From NCBI GenBank assembly GCA_963793305.1, contig CAWBZV010000003.1, positions 1,510,634-1,574,633 of the forward strand: a DNA stretch of 64,000 bases. The letters run 5' to 3'. A program made the position numbers and the translations under genes. This DNA is from an uncultured Gemmatimonadales bacterium (GTDB lineage Bacteria > Gemmatimonadota > Gemmatimonadetes > Gemmatimonadales > Gemmatimonadaceae). How positions within the stretch are numbered: position 1 is the stretch's first letter; each line of letters begins with the position of its first letter. Positions 49,707 through 59,489 of the stretch are shown one piece after another. The notes beneath the pieces were generated by a model. The model saw nothing but the letters and a program-made list of their open reading frames with translations. It made no database searches and was not told where the DNA came from.

Positions 49707-50044
49707 TGCGCCTCGAACGTACCCGTCATGTGATCGCCTTTGTAGTGCGACACGCTGTGCAGTAGCGTCACGGACTGGCCGGGCCGCTTCGTACTTGGAT
49801 ACGGTCCTGCTTCGGTCACGACGCTGTCGGCGCCCATCGCGATGACTCGCACGGGGATGGGCGGTCGGTCCGCGAACTTCATGGTCCACGTCTTCTGGTC
49901 ACCGGAGACCGTGATGACGACGGCTCCGATCACGCTGTCCTTGGGCCCGATCATATAGCGGTTGTTCCAGACGCCGGCGGCGTTCTGCGCACCAGCGGTC
50001 GCTGCCATGACGAGGGCGGCCGATACCACGAGGGCGTAACCCAT
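49652..50044 (-). CDS. secreted hypothetical protein
   Basis: Signal peptide ending AGA-Q; beta-rich body. Confidence 0.65.
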   Translation of the reverse strand: MGYALVVSAALVMAATAGAQNAAGVWNNRYMIGPKDSVIGAVVITVSGDQKTWTMKFADRPPIPVRVIAMGADSVVTEAGPYPSTKRPGQSVTLLHSVSHYKGDHMTGTFEAHYSGGLVVEGKTAATRTK

Positions 50045-50095
50045 AGGTTACAAAATCGTCAAGTGCCGCGAGAGCGCAATGGCGATATTTGCCTC

Positions 50096-50308
50096 ATGAC
50101 AGACCACATGAGCTCCATTCAAGAAGCCGCGCATCACTTTGGCGCCTACGCCGCCGCGCGGTATCCGGGCAAGAGCTGGGATGAGATCGAGGCCGATCTC
50201 CGCCGCGGGTGGGAAACCCCCGAGCAGCACCTCGAAGCCGGGTGGGACGAGATCAAAGAGGTGGTGCACGACGCATGGTCGCACGTTACGCACGACCGCG
50301 CTGATTGA
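50096..50308 (+). CDS. small hypothetical protein
   Basis: YPGKSWDEIEADLRRGWE...WDEIKEVVHDAW repeated Trp helices. Confidence 0.6.
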   Translation: MTDHMSSIQEAAHHFGAYAAARYPGKSWDEIEADLRRGWETPEQHLEAGWDEIKEVVHDAWSHVTHDRAD

Positions 50309-50317
50309 CCCGGTCGC

Positions 50318-50872
50318 CTAGGCCGGCATCGCGGTCCACGTCGTACTCTTCGCCATCTTGTACCGCTTGATGTTCGCGTAGGGAATCGTCGTGAGGAACG
50401 AGACCTCGTCCCCCTTGCTCGACAGCGCGATCATGCTCGAGTCGCTCAGCGATTTGTCGTCAGCGACCACGAGCGAGTTGAAGTGCGAGTTGCACTCGAG
50501 TGACTTGGGATTCTCGGTGCACTTCCCACCTCTGTCGAAGTACACCAGGTCGTCGAACACGATCTCGTAGATGAAACCGCTGGAGTACCCGCCGCAGTCT
50601 TCGGTGAGATCGGTCGAGATGTGAATCGTGGTGCGATTTTTCTCCAGCTTGATCATGCGCACCAGGTCCAGCATCGTCCACTTCTCGCCTTTGTTCAGCG
50701 TGTCCTGGAGATCCTTCTTCAACGCCGGCAGGTTGACTTTGAGGGCCTGCATTCCGGAGAACCGCTGGATCAGATCGCGGGCCTGCACCACGCTGAGCGG
50801 GACCCATGCCTGAAACCCGTCGCGCAGATCCTTCGGCTGTCTCGAGTCGCCTCGATAAAAGGTGTATGACAT
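50318..50872 (-). CDS. putative R-S-E class ADP-ribosyltransferase (enterotoxin A / pertussis S1 / scabin-like fold)
   Basis: FYRGDSRQP...GF, HISTD, FIYEI, GDEVSF...IPYANI. TACATT lies 7 nt before ATG 50872. Confidence 0.72.
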   Translation of the reverse strand: MSYTFYRGDSRQPKDLRDGFQAWVPLSVVQARDLIQRFSGMQALKVNLPALKKDLQDTLNKGEKWTMLDLVRMIKLEKNRTTIHISTDLTEDCGGYSSGFIYEIVFDDLVYFDRGGKCTENPKSLECNSHFNSLVVADDKSLSDSSMIALSSKGDEVSFLTTIPYANIKRYKMAKSTTWTAMPA

Positions 50873-50889
50873 GGGCGGCAATGTAATAC

Positions 50890-51406
50890 TTACCGGCGGC
50901 CGGACGCAGTGATCTGGTAGACGACGCACTCCAGCCCGGCCGAGTTGAGGCGCGATGGCACGAGTACGCCGCCGATTTTCTCGATGGCGCGCCGGGAGCG
51001 CCAGTTCTCGCGCCCGATGAGAAACACGACGGCGTCCACGAACGTGAACGCGTGCCGCAGCATCAGCTGCTTCATCTCGCCATTGTACGTCCCGCCCCAG
51101 TGCGATCGCGCCAGGAACGTCCAGCCGATCTCGATCTCGCTCTTCTCGGGGTCATAGCCGTAATACCGCGATGATCCGACAACCCGGCCGTCCGCCTTGT
51201 CGATCGCGATGAGTGCACCGCCGGACTCGAGGGCTTCCCGGAAGAACGCCGCGAAGACGTTCCGGCTTGTACCGATCCGATACCGGATGCTGTTCCCAGA
51301 TGAGCGGATCAGACGCCACGGCATAGAGATCCTGAAAGTCCTCCGCCCGGAGCGGCCTCAGTGTCACGAGCTCGCCCTCCAGCGTCGGCAAGAGATCAGG
51401 TGGCAC
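50890..51406 (-). CDS. GNAT N-acetyltransferase, +1 frameshift at 51256-51262
   Basis: LEGELVTLRPL...ASDPLIWEQHP..DRYKP joined to VFAAFFREAL...EIGWTFLARSHWGGTYN. Confidence 0.87.
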
Positions 51407-51471
51407 AGTGAGAGCCGATCGCGCCGGCGCGCGTTCTTTCTAGTGAGCCCATCGCGAGCACGGAGTCCCTC

Positions 51472-52458
51472 ATGTCCACATCACTACGCCTCATACTCTG
51501 CACGATAGCAGCGGCGGCCACGACCACGTTCGCCCAAACTCCTCGTCCCGAAGGCTCGCCGCAGCGTCATGGCGAGATCGGGTTCATCGCGCCGGCGGGC
51601 TGGACTGTCCAGCGTGGTCCAAATGGTATCACCGTGCTGGCCCACGCAGTCAACCCCAAGAACAGCCATGCGAGATCCGGATGCTGCCGCCCACCGCCGC
51701 GCAGGGCGATCCCGGGCAAATGGGTTTGCAGATGGTGCAAGCATTCTCCAACCAGAATCGGCTCGGCCCCTACCAGGGTCAGTACGGGAAGACCGTGATG
51801 CAGTCACGCGAAGACGGCGTATCGGGTACTGGCTGGAACTACGTGGACCTCTCTGGCCAGTTGGGCCAAAGCGGTATCACGGTGCGCATGCTCATGGTCG
51901 ATATGGGAGGCGGCCAAGTGCTGCCGATCGTCGGCTTCACCAAAGTCTGGAATTGCCTCGGCAACCAAGCCGTGCGTGACAACGACGTTCTGGGCGCTCT
52001 TGTTCCACAGCTTGCAGATTCCCGGCTACACGCAGGACTCGCCGAAGCTCGCCGAGCAATTGGTCGGGATGTGGACCAGCGCGAGCGGCGGTGCGGGGAA
52101 CGCCGCGATCTTTGCGCCGAACGGCCATTTCAGTACGGTTGCCGTCTACCAATCCTATCAAGCGTCTTCGACCCCCGGTTACGTGTGGGAAGTCGACCGG
52201 AGCTGGCAAGGCGACGGTCCGTACGAAGTCCACGGCGACCGCGTACACACGCGCAACCCCAAAGGGAGCGACACGGAGAAAGACGTGACGCGCTACTTCA
52301 GCATCGTGCGCACACCCAACGAGAACAAGCCGGGCGGCTATGAGTACGCCTTACGAATGGTCGAACGATCCTGGGACGGCAGCGCCACGTGGGGGTTCAA
52401 TCCCGCCAGCGGCAACTTCGTCACTCACATGATCAAGTCCCCCGGCTCACATCAATGA
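51472..52458 (+). CDS. secreted hypothetical protein, split by two frameshifts (about 51657 and 51984-51990)
   Basis: Signal peptide in 51472..51798; continuous protein-like sequence through the 51681..52343 and 51976..52458 frames. Confidence 0.6.
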
Positions 52459-52910
52459 CGCCGGAGATCGTCCTTGGGATTGATGAACGTGAGATCCGTG
52501 GGCCCGACGCCGCTGATCTGTATCAGGTACTCACCCGATTTCGAGTACTGAAAGTGGCTCAGGTTCGCGGGTAGAAAAAGCACGGTGCCTTCCGGATACG
52601 CCGTCAGCTTCGTCTCATCCCACGTATCCCCGACGCCGAGATACAGCGTCCCTTTCAGGACCGTATAGATCCGGTCATCCGGGTGCGTGTGAGGCAGGAT
52701 TTTGAGGCCATTCGGCGCACGCAGCCGCGTGGCATAGAGGCCGGGTTTGGTCGGCGTGCCATACACCACCGCGCGCATCGCTCCGGTGGGCAAGGCGGGA
52801 TGTTGGCTCCACTTGATCTCGTCCGGTGTGATCGCTTGCACCGTTTGGGCCCGAACGGAACCGGCGACAAGTGCGACCGACACGAGAACGGCCAGCGTGC
52901 GATTGGACAT
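52452..52910 (-). CDS. cupin domain protein (secreted)
   Basis: PHTHPDDRIYTVLKGT, FLPANLSHF, GVGP. Confidence 0.85.
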   Translation of the reverse strand: MSNRTLAVLVSVALVAGSVRAQTVQAITPDEIKWSQHPALPTGAMRAVVYGTPTKPGLYATRLRAPNGLKILPHTHPDDRIYTVLKGTLYLGVGDTWDETKLTAYPEGTVLFLPANLSHFQYSKSGEYLIQISGVGPTDLTFINPKDDLRRH

Positions 52911-52930
52911 GATCTCTCCCTTTTCTAGTA

Positions 52931-53695
52931 CTAACGTAATCCGTCGCCCGGATTGCTCGCGTCCCACTGGTTGGCGATAACACGACGACCAGTAACCTCG
53001 TCGGCGTGCGCCGAGACCAGCCACAAAAGTGGCGGCACCATGACCGCCGGATCCAGTAGCGCACCCCGCGAGGCCTGAGGCAATGAGTCGGGGACCATGC
53101 CGGTCAGTGTGGGACCGCCTGGTAGCAACGCGTTGACTGTAACCCCGGTGTCGCGCAGATCTTGCGCCCAGATGATGGTCTCGGACTCCAACGCCGCCTT
53201 CGATGGCCCATAGGGCGAGAACCCCGCTCGGCGCATGGTCGAATCGCTCACCGCGATGTTGATGATCCGCCCCCAACCGGCTCGCACCAGATGCGGCGTC
53301 GCCGCGCGCGCCATCAAGAACGGTCCGTTGACGTTGGTATCGATCACCATCCGCCACGTGTCAGGCGTGACCTCCCAAAACCGCGACGGATGGGTCATGA
53401 AGTGCTCGCTGACGTACTTCATGCCTCGACCGGCATTGTTGACGAGAATGTCGAGCCGGCCAAACCGCTCGAGCGCCACGTCCACGGCTCGCCGCGCGTC
53501 AGTCTCCTTCGTCACGTCCGCGATCACCGGCATGACCATGCCCTCGCCGGCCTCCCTCGCGACCGCATCGATCTCATTCCGTTCGCGCGCCGCCGTCGCT
53601 ACCACGCGGATGCCGACGCGCGCCAACCCCAACGTCATTGCTCGCCCGAGGCCCCGCCCCGCGCCGGTGATGATCGCCACACGTTCGCCGGTCAT
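52931..53695 (-). CDS. SDR family oxidoreductase
   Basis: IITGAGRGLG, VNNAG, YGPSK, VNALLPGG. Confidence 0.92.
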   Translation of the reverse strand: MTGERVAIITGAGRGLGRAMTLGLARVGIRVVATAARERNEIDAVAREAGEGMVMPVIADVTKETDARRAVDVALERFGRLDILVNNAGRGMKYVSEHFMTHPSRFWEVTPDTWRMVIDTNVNGPFLMARAATPHLVRAGWGRIINIAVSDSTMRRAGFSPYGPSKAALESETIIWAQDLRDTGVTVNALLPGGPTLTGMVPDSLPQASRGALLDPAVMVPPLLWLVSAHADEVTGRRVIANQWDASNPGDGLR

Positions 53696-53744
53696 TCTCT
53701 ATCATAACCGACGCGGGTGTACGCGGCGACACGGGGGGCACCGC

Positions 53745-55154
53745 TCAGTGCCATGCCGTCAGCGGCAGGTGAAAGGCAAAGACGCTGTCGACGGGGATAC
53801 CGAGCGCGGTGATCGTACGATGGAGCGTCTCCGCGCGCGCGGCGTTGTAGTTCGGGACGAAGGCCGGCGGCACGATCATATCGCTGGCGTAGAGCCAGCG
53901 GCGCGCCGGCCAGTAGACGAGGAGATCGGAAGCGGCCGGTAGGAGACGGATCTCGTTCGCCCCGCTGCCCAGCGCGACGGGGTCGTGAACAATGCGCAGC
54001 GATGCGGCGCGCGGCGCGCGGGCGAGCGAATCCGGATGCGTTGCATAGGGCGCCGCAATGACGGCCCGCACGCGCGCGGCGTTCACATCGAGCGCATAGA
54101 CCGGAATGCCGCGGCTCACGTATTCGCGAACGCCGCCGATCTGCATCCAGGCCGACGCCGTCGTGACGACCGCGACGATCGGAACTCCTGGAAAAAGATG
54201 GGCCGCCTGTGCCAGGACCGCGCGCGACTTGGCGTTCGACTGGGACGCGTCGAGGACGATAATCCCGTCGGGCTCGCGTATGAGCGCCGACTGATAGTAC
54301 CCCGCGAAGAGTACGACCCCGTCGGCCAGCGTCACTGGATTGAGCGTCGGTTCCGGCATGGTCGGTGCGCCATGGCTGATCGTCGCGAACCGTGGTCGCA
54401 CGGAATCGGCGATGGCAAATGAGTCCGGGGGCGCCGCTGGCGCGACGTTGACCGCCGTCACCACGAATCGGCGCCACGGCTCGCCGTTGAACGTGACGAG
54501 TCGTTGACGCGGATACCATACGCCGTTCGCCTCGAGGGTCCACCCCGACCACCGGGTGCCGAACGTGATGTCGCCCCACAAGGACCAGAACACGAATGTC
54601 GGATACGCGCGCACGAGCCAGACGGCGTCGGGAAAGCCGGTCGCGGCATCGATGGCGAGCCGGACGCGCGCGTCCGCCCAGTGGAACGCGACGACGTGGT
54701 GAGGAACGCCGTCGATCACCGAATCGCGCAGTGCCGTGAGATCCGATGCGGCGAGCGCCGTGAGCAAAATGCGGTCTGGCGAGAGCGCGAGCACCTCGGA
54801 GGCAACCGCGGCATCGAACCCCGACGCCGCGGTGAGCCCACCACGGCTCACGACGCTGTCACTCGCCACAATCGTCTGCGTGAACGATTGGTTCGCCATC
54901 GCAAAGCTGGTCACGGTAGTCATCCGCAGCCCCACTGGCGCCATTCGCCGCAATGTCGTGATCGTCTCCGCGATGGCCGCCGGGGCAACGCGTGGATCAC
55001 CGACCGACGTGAAGTACTCGAGCCCCTCTTCGACCGTGCGAACGGCGGACACGGCCTGCAGCTTGTCGAGACCACCGATCGCCGCCGCGCTGCGTTCAAC
55101 CATTTGGCGCGGGGGCGGCACGAGCGCCAGGAGATAACACAGGATGGTGCGCAT
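53745..55154 (-). CDS. secreted protein with degenerate metallo-beta-lactamase-like C-terminal domain
   Basis: GIIVLDA...AVVTTASAWMQIGGVREY (the HxHxDH position lacks His); LLVYWP...LYASD. Confidence 0.65.
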   Translation of the reverse strand: MRTILCYLLALVPPPRQMVERSAAAIGGLDKLQAVSAVRTVEEGLEYFTSVGDPRVAPAAIAETITTLRRMAPVGLRMTTVTSFAMANQSFTQTIVASDSVVSRGGLTAASGFDAAVASEVLALSPDRILLTALAASDLTALRDSVIDGVPHHVVAFHWADARVRLAIDAATGFPDAVWLVRAYPTFVFWSLWGDITFGTRWSGWTLEANGVWYPRQRLVTFNGEPWRRFVVTAVNVAPAAPPDSFAIADSVRPRFATISHGAPTMPEPTLNPVTLADGVVLFAGYYQSALIREPDGIIVLDASQSNAKSRAVLAQAAHLFPGVPIVAVVTTASAWMQIGGVREYVSRGIPVYALDVNAARVRAVIAAPYATHPDSLARAPRAASLRIVHDPVALGSGANEIRLLPAASDLLVYWPARRWLYASDMIVPPAFVPNYNAARAETLHRTITALGIPVDSVFAFHLPLTAWH

Positions 55155-55250
55155 GCGACCAATGTTTGTCAGCCGCGCGCGATATTCGAGGCATCGTGCC
55201 GCCAGCGCGGCGATCATGCAGCGAGTGAGGTGGCGTCCGTAGGTTGGATC

Positions 55251-55970
55251 ATGCCGAAATCCTTCGTGGTCTACGATAACATGCAGTACTCGGGCAAGCC
55301 CGCGACGGTGAAGGGACTGTGCAAGCATATCAACCTGCTCGGCGAAGCGACGATCTGGCCGGGGCTCAAGAACTACGGCACGCTTCCGACGCAGAGCGCC
55401 TTCGCGTCGATGGTCCGCAAGGCCGTCACCGGCAACGGGCCACTCGTCCTCGACGTCGAAAAGCTGCTGCTCACGTCGAGCGCCAACGCACAGACCCTGT
55501 CGACGCTCGCCGACTGGGCGCACACGGCGGCGCCGGGTCATCCGGTCGGCTACTTCGGGTTCACACAGATGTTGAATACGCCCATGTCCGATTACAGCTA
55601 CGCGATTCAGCTGGGAGCGAACGTGGAGGCCTGGTTTCCCTCGGCGTATACGCGCGATGATGATGAGACGAGTTGGGCGGCGCGCGTTCAAGCGGCGGCA
55701 ACGCAGGCGCAAGCGTGGGGCACGGGACAGCCGATCTATTTCTATCTGTGGCCGCAGTACGCGACCGGCACGGCGAAGCAGTATCAGTATGTCGATTATG
55801 ACTATTGGATGTTCCAACTCAAAACAGCCTACGAGTATGGCGATGGCGTGGTGATCTGGAGTAAAGCGACGGCGTGGAACAACAGCACGAACTGGTGGAA
55901 CGCGACGGAAGATTTCATCATGCCGATGGCGCAATCGCGTCCCACGACGCCCCGGCGTGCGGGCCCCTGA
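55251..55970 (+). CDS. hypothetical protein, possible glycoside-hydrolase-like TIM barrel
   Basis: LVLDVE, FPSAY, PIYFYLWPQY, DGVVIW; Tyr/Trp-rich. Confidence 0.55.
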   Translation: MPKSFVVYDNMQYSGKPATVKGLCKHINLLGEATIWPGLKNYGTLPTQSAFASMVRKAVTGNGPLVLDVEKLLLTSSANAQTLSTLADWAHTAAPGHPVGYFGFTQMLNTPMSDYSYAIQLGANVEAWFPSAYTRDDDETSWAARVQAAATQAQAWGTGQPIYFYLWPQYATGTAKQYQYVDYDYWMFQLKTAYEYGDGVVIWSKATAWNNSTNWWNATEDFIMPMAQSRPTTPRRAGP

Positions 55971-56772
55971 CGCGCGATACCTGTGGCTGTGCGTGCTGCT
56001 GGCCAGCCACGCAGGCGCTCAGCTTCCCGAAACGGTGCACTTCCCGAGCGCGGACGGCACGACGACGCTCGTCGGCTACCTCTGGTTGCCACAGGGTGGC
56101 GGCCAGCATCCGGCGATCGTGATGATGCACGGGCGCGCCGGGTCCTACTCGTCGAACGCCGATGGTGTCTACACGGCCGGGACATTGTCGAAGCGCCATC
56201 AGGCGTGGGGTGTGTTCTGGGCCGAGCATGGATACGTGGCGCTACACGTCGACGGATTCGGACCCAGGGGGTATCCGGCGGGGTTCCCGCGGTATAGCTA
56301 CAAGGATCGGCCGGAGGCCGTCAGCGAGCAGACCGTGCGGCCGCTCGACGCCTACGGTGCGTTGGCGTTTCTGCGAGGGCGGCCGGATGTGATCGCCGAT
56401 CGCATCGGGCTACAGGGATGGTCCAACGGCGGGAGCGCCACGCTCGTCACCATGTCCGTGCAGGCCGCGGGGAGCGGGTTTCGAGCTGCGCTCGCATTCT
56501 ATCCGGGGTGCGACCTCTCAATCTACAAGCGGCGCTACACGTCGTACGCACCGCTCCTCGTCTTTCTCGGCTCGGCCGACGAAGAGGTCTCGCCGGCGAT
56601 CTGCGAGCGCGTCATACCACAGAATGGCGAATCCCGATGGATCGTGTATCCTGGCGCCACGCACGACTTCGATGATCCCGGCGCACCACGACAGTCAGTC
56701 GCCGCGAACCGTACGGCCTCCGACGACGCTCACGAGCGAGCCGTGGCGTTTTTCAAGGCGTGGCTGCAGTGA
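55957..56772 (+). CDS. dienelactone hydrolase family protein
   Basis: GWSNGG nucleophile elbow; AFYPGC; YPGATHDFD. Confidence 0.88.
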   Translation: MRAPDARYLWLCVLLASHAGAQLPETVHFPSADGTTTLVGYLWLPQGGGQHPAIVMMHGRAGSYSSNADGVYTAGTLSKRHQAWGVFWAEHGYVALHVDGFGPRGYPAGFPRYSYKDRPEAVSEQTVRPLDAYGALAFLRGRPDVIADRIGLQGWSNGGSATLVTMSVQAAGSGFRAALAFYPGCDLSIYKRRYTSYAPLLVFLGSADEEVSPAICERVIPQNGESRWIVYPGATHDFDDPGAPRQSVAANRTASDDAHERAVAFFKAWLQ

Positions 56773-56806
56773 ACTTGTCGGGCCAGAGCGGTGTAATCTC
56801 GAGACT

Positions 56807-57187
56807 ATGATGCTCGTCGAATTTGCGCTTGTCGCCGCGCTCGCACAGGGAAGACTTGCCGCTCGCGATTCATTGCCGGCGAATCCCATCAACGACGCCA
56901 AAAGCGTCATCTCGTTCTTGAACACCGGTCACGCCGACAGCGTGCAGCGCCGCATGACGGCCGAGGCACAACAGCGTCGCACGGCGGCGCAGCGTGACTC
57001 GCTCTGGCACGTGCTGGTGTCCCAGGTTGGCACGTTCCGGCGATTCGGCGCGGCGCGTGTAGAGCAAGGTCCCGACGGCGGACGTACCGTCATCATGGAG
57101 CTCGAATTTTCTGCCCAGCCGGTGCACGCATTGGTCGTATACGACACGAGCGGTCAGATCTCGTCGGTCGTGTTCCAAGCTCCCTGA
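56807..57187 (+). CDS. DUF3887-like secreted protein
   Basis: Signal peptide; LW..L..QVG.F and YDTSGQISSVVF pattern. Confidence 0.55.
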   Translation: MMLVEFALVAALAQGRLAARDSLPANPINDAKSVISFLNTGHADSVQRRMTAEAQQRRTAAQRDSLWHVLVSQVGTFRRFGAARVEQGPDGGRTVIMELEFSAQPVHALVVYDTSGQISSVVFQAP

Positions 57188-57197
57188 GCGACGGCGA

Positions 57198-57620
57198 TCA
57201 CGTGTCGCTGCTCGTCCATTCACGCGTCCATTCTGCCGCAGTCGACCCGAGGTCGAGCGAGGCGGTTTGAAAGCCGAGCGTGACTTGATGCACTGTCCCC
57301 GAACCGTTGGGGGGCGATTTCACGTGATGTCCCACCGTGTGAATGTTTCGAACGACGACATTCGTCAACCCGACCTGGCCAATGGGGGCCCCGAGGTTTT
57401 TGCCATTGCCGGGACCATGGATCTCGAATTTGACCGATGCGATCACTTCTTGAGTCGCGAGCGCTGACCACAACACGGGCGAGGCGGAGTCAACCTGCTT
57501 GGTGATCACGATCGTCTTGCCGCTCTTCGCTGATCCGCCGCTCGACCCGAGCCATGGCAGCACCGGTCCGGTGTAGACGGTGAGTATCGGAATCTGGCTC
57601 GGGGGATTGAGACCGTCCAT
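57198..57620 (-). CDS. Hcp1-like (T6SS tube fold) protein, orphan
   Basis: IVITKQVDSASPVLWSALATQEVIASVKFE, LTNVVV, QVTLGF. Confidence 0.65.
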   Translation of the reverse strand: MDGLNPPSQIPILTVYTGPVLPWLGSSGGSAKSGKTIVITKQVDSASPVLWSALATQEVIASVKFEIHGPGNGKNLGAPIGQVGLTNVVVRNIHTVGHHVKSPPNGSGTVHQVTLGFQTASLDLGSTAAEWTREWTSSDT

Positions 57621-57628
57621 AATACGGC

Positions 57629-58135
57629 GTGACCGTCACCGCTCTCGCACGCGCGCTCGGCTGTCTCGTAATGGCATCCGTCGGGTGCTCACGGTACCAA
57701 CTGCGGGCGGCGGGCTTGCCGATCCCCCTATCGCGGCAACCCATCCGGCAGAGCGTCGCCGTAGACGGCGACTCCGGCGCTCTGGTCGTCACGACATTCG
57801 TTTCGGGACGAGTCACCCTCGCGCTCGTGACTACCCGCGGCGCGGGCGTGGCCATCCACACGGACTCGATCGGCGCCGCCGATTGGGCTGACAGCGCCGC
57901 GCGAGGCGGCGCCGCGACTTTGCATGATACGGCCTCCAGCGTCGGGACCATCTCCGTTGTCGACAGCGCGGGATTCCTGCGCCCCGAGACGCTTCGGTTT
58001 CTCCAGAGTCCGGACCCGGCGTTCAGTGAGTCCGTCGAGGCCGCGCTGGCCCACTCGCGGTACTACCCTGCCATGCTGGGTGGCCGACCAGTCAGTCAAC
58101 TGGTGCGCCAGTCATTCACGTTCTCCCTCGAGTGA
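57629..58135 (+). CDS. hypothetical lipoprotein with TonB C-terminal-like domain
   Basis: VVDSAG...SPDPAFSESV..AL...RYYPAMLGGRPVSQLVRQSFTF. Confidence 0.6.
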   Translation: MTVTALARALGCLVMASVGCSRYQLRAAGLPIPLSRQPIRQSVAVDGDSGALVVTTFVSGRVTLALVTTRGAGVAIHTDSIGAADWADSAARGGAATLHDTASSVGTISVVDSAGFLRPETLRFLQSPDPAFSESVEAALAHSRYYPAMLGGRPVSQLVRQSFTFSLE

Positions 58136-58685
58136 CCTCGTAACGAAGCTCCACCATGCCGCTCTTGTAGGCTTTGACCTCCGCGAGATGGAGGGGGATG
58201 TCTCGGTCGAGCTTCTCGAAGAATGGAATGCCTTCGCCGATCAAGATCGGCAAAATCGAATAGCGCACTTCGTCGGCGAGCCCGCGACGAAGGCATTCGG
58301 CGGACACCGCACTGCCTCCAACGAACCAGATCGTACGGAACGTGGGCCGTAGGCGTCCATTCACGAACTGCGCGAGATCGCCCGAGTGGAACTCGACGGT
58401 ATCCCGGGTCCGTGGGAGCGTGCGACTCGTCAGGACGAAAGTAGGTTTGTCGCCGTACGACCACCCGAACCCCTGGGCTTCAAAACCCAGCGCGGTCTCA
58501 TAGGTTCGCGACCCCATGACGTAGCAATCGATCGTCTTGAGAAACGCCGCGACGAATCCCGGCTCCATCGTGGCCCCGCCGACAAACTCGTCCGAGGTTT
58601 CGAGCCAGTCGACGCGCCCGTCCTTTCGAGCCACGAAGCCGTCGAGGCTCGCCGCCATGTGGATCGTTACGCGAGAGTCGAGCAT
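58116..58685 (-). CDS. dihydrofolate reductase / RibD C-terminal family protein
   Basis: MAASLDGFVA, MGSRTYE, WFVGGS, PILIGEGIPFF. Confidence 0.9.
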   Translation of the reverse strand: MLDSRVTIHMAASLDGFVARKDGRVDWLETSDEFVGGATMEPGFVAAFLKTIDCYVMGSRTYETALGFEAQGFGWSYGDKPTFVLTSRTLPRTRDTVEFHSGDLAQFVNGRLRPTFRTIWFVGGSAVSAECLRRGLADEVRYSILPILIGEGIPFFEKLDRDIPLHLAEVKAYKSGMVELRYEVTRGRT

Positions 58686-58799
58686 ATATTGAAACCTATG
58701 GCGAAATTCTTGGTCGAGCACCAGGGATGAACGTCACAAAGGACGTGCAGGGCTCGACAGGAAAAAGATTGTCTTTGCCTCGGACGCGGAAATGCGCGC

Positions 58800-59180
58800 C
58801 TACAAGCGCGCCAAGTAGATCAGCAGTGTTGCAGCCGCAGCCGCCTCCGCGGCGATCGTCATGTTCATAACGATCGAGTGCGCCGCGACGGGCGCCGCGA
58901 TATAGTGGTCCAACCCGCCAAACCCCATCGCCCCGTACACCGCGATCATCAGCACACCGACCGCGCGTGAACGGAAGCGATAGACACCGTAGCCGAGTAC
59001 ACCGATAGCCGTCGTGGCGAAGAACGCCACCCAGACCCCGACGGGTGTGAGCCACGGCGGCATGTTGGGATATTCCCCCAGATACACGGCGTTGTGCGCA
59101 AAGTGCGTCAGGCTCGCCACACCGTAGACGATCATGATGAGGCGCAACCCGCTGTCGTTCCTTCGTGCGGTGATATCCAT
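58800..59180 (-). CDS. hypothetical membrane protein
   Basis: Four TM segments; HFAHNA..L.EYPNMP.W and GLDHY motifs. Confidence 0.7.
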   Translation of the reverse strand: MDITARRNDSGLRLIMIVYGVASLTHFAHNAVYLGEYPNMPPWLTPVGVWVAFFATTAIGVLGYGVYRFRSRAVGVLMIAVYGAMGFGGLDHYIAAPVAAHSIVMNMTIAAEAAAAATLLIYLARL

Positions 59181-59221
59181 ATCGCTCACGGAGAAATTAC
59201 ATGATGCGGCTGCCGGCAATG

Positions 59222-59479
59222 TCAGGGTGTACCAATGACAACGAAATCCGAGGCGGTCACCACCTGCGGCGGATGCGAGCCAATGATACGCAGGACGGCA
59301 CTTTTGTCGTATCGCGTCCCGTCTGGCCCGATCTCAACGAACTGTTCGGCCAACAGCTCCCGAAACACGGCGAGTTCCGCTGTTCGCTCGGCATTGAGGA
59401 TGCGCATCTCGTTCACCTGCGGTCCCGCGTCCTGTACGCGGAACGCGATGGCCAGCAACGCGAATATCACGTACCGCAT
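59222..59479 (-). pseudogene. truncated DUF4440/NTF2-like protein
   Basis: LLAEQFVEIGPDGTRYDK motif; ends after about half of the expected domain. Confidence 0.45.
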
Positions 59480-59489
59480 AGTGGCGCCC

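Noticed and set aside
50096..50308. Antitoxin or immunity gene for the ART
   Set aside because: Convergent rather than co-transcribed, and no resemblance to macrodomain or ADP-ribosylhydrolase proteins; cannot be supported.
53745..55934. 729-aa ORF as given in the track
   Set aside because: The region upstream of 55154 is antisense to the 55251..55970 gene; the real protein likely starts at MRTILCYLLAL.
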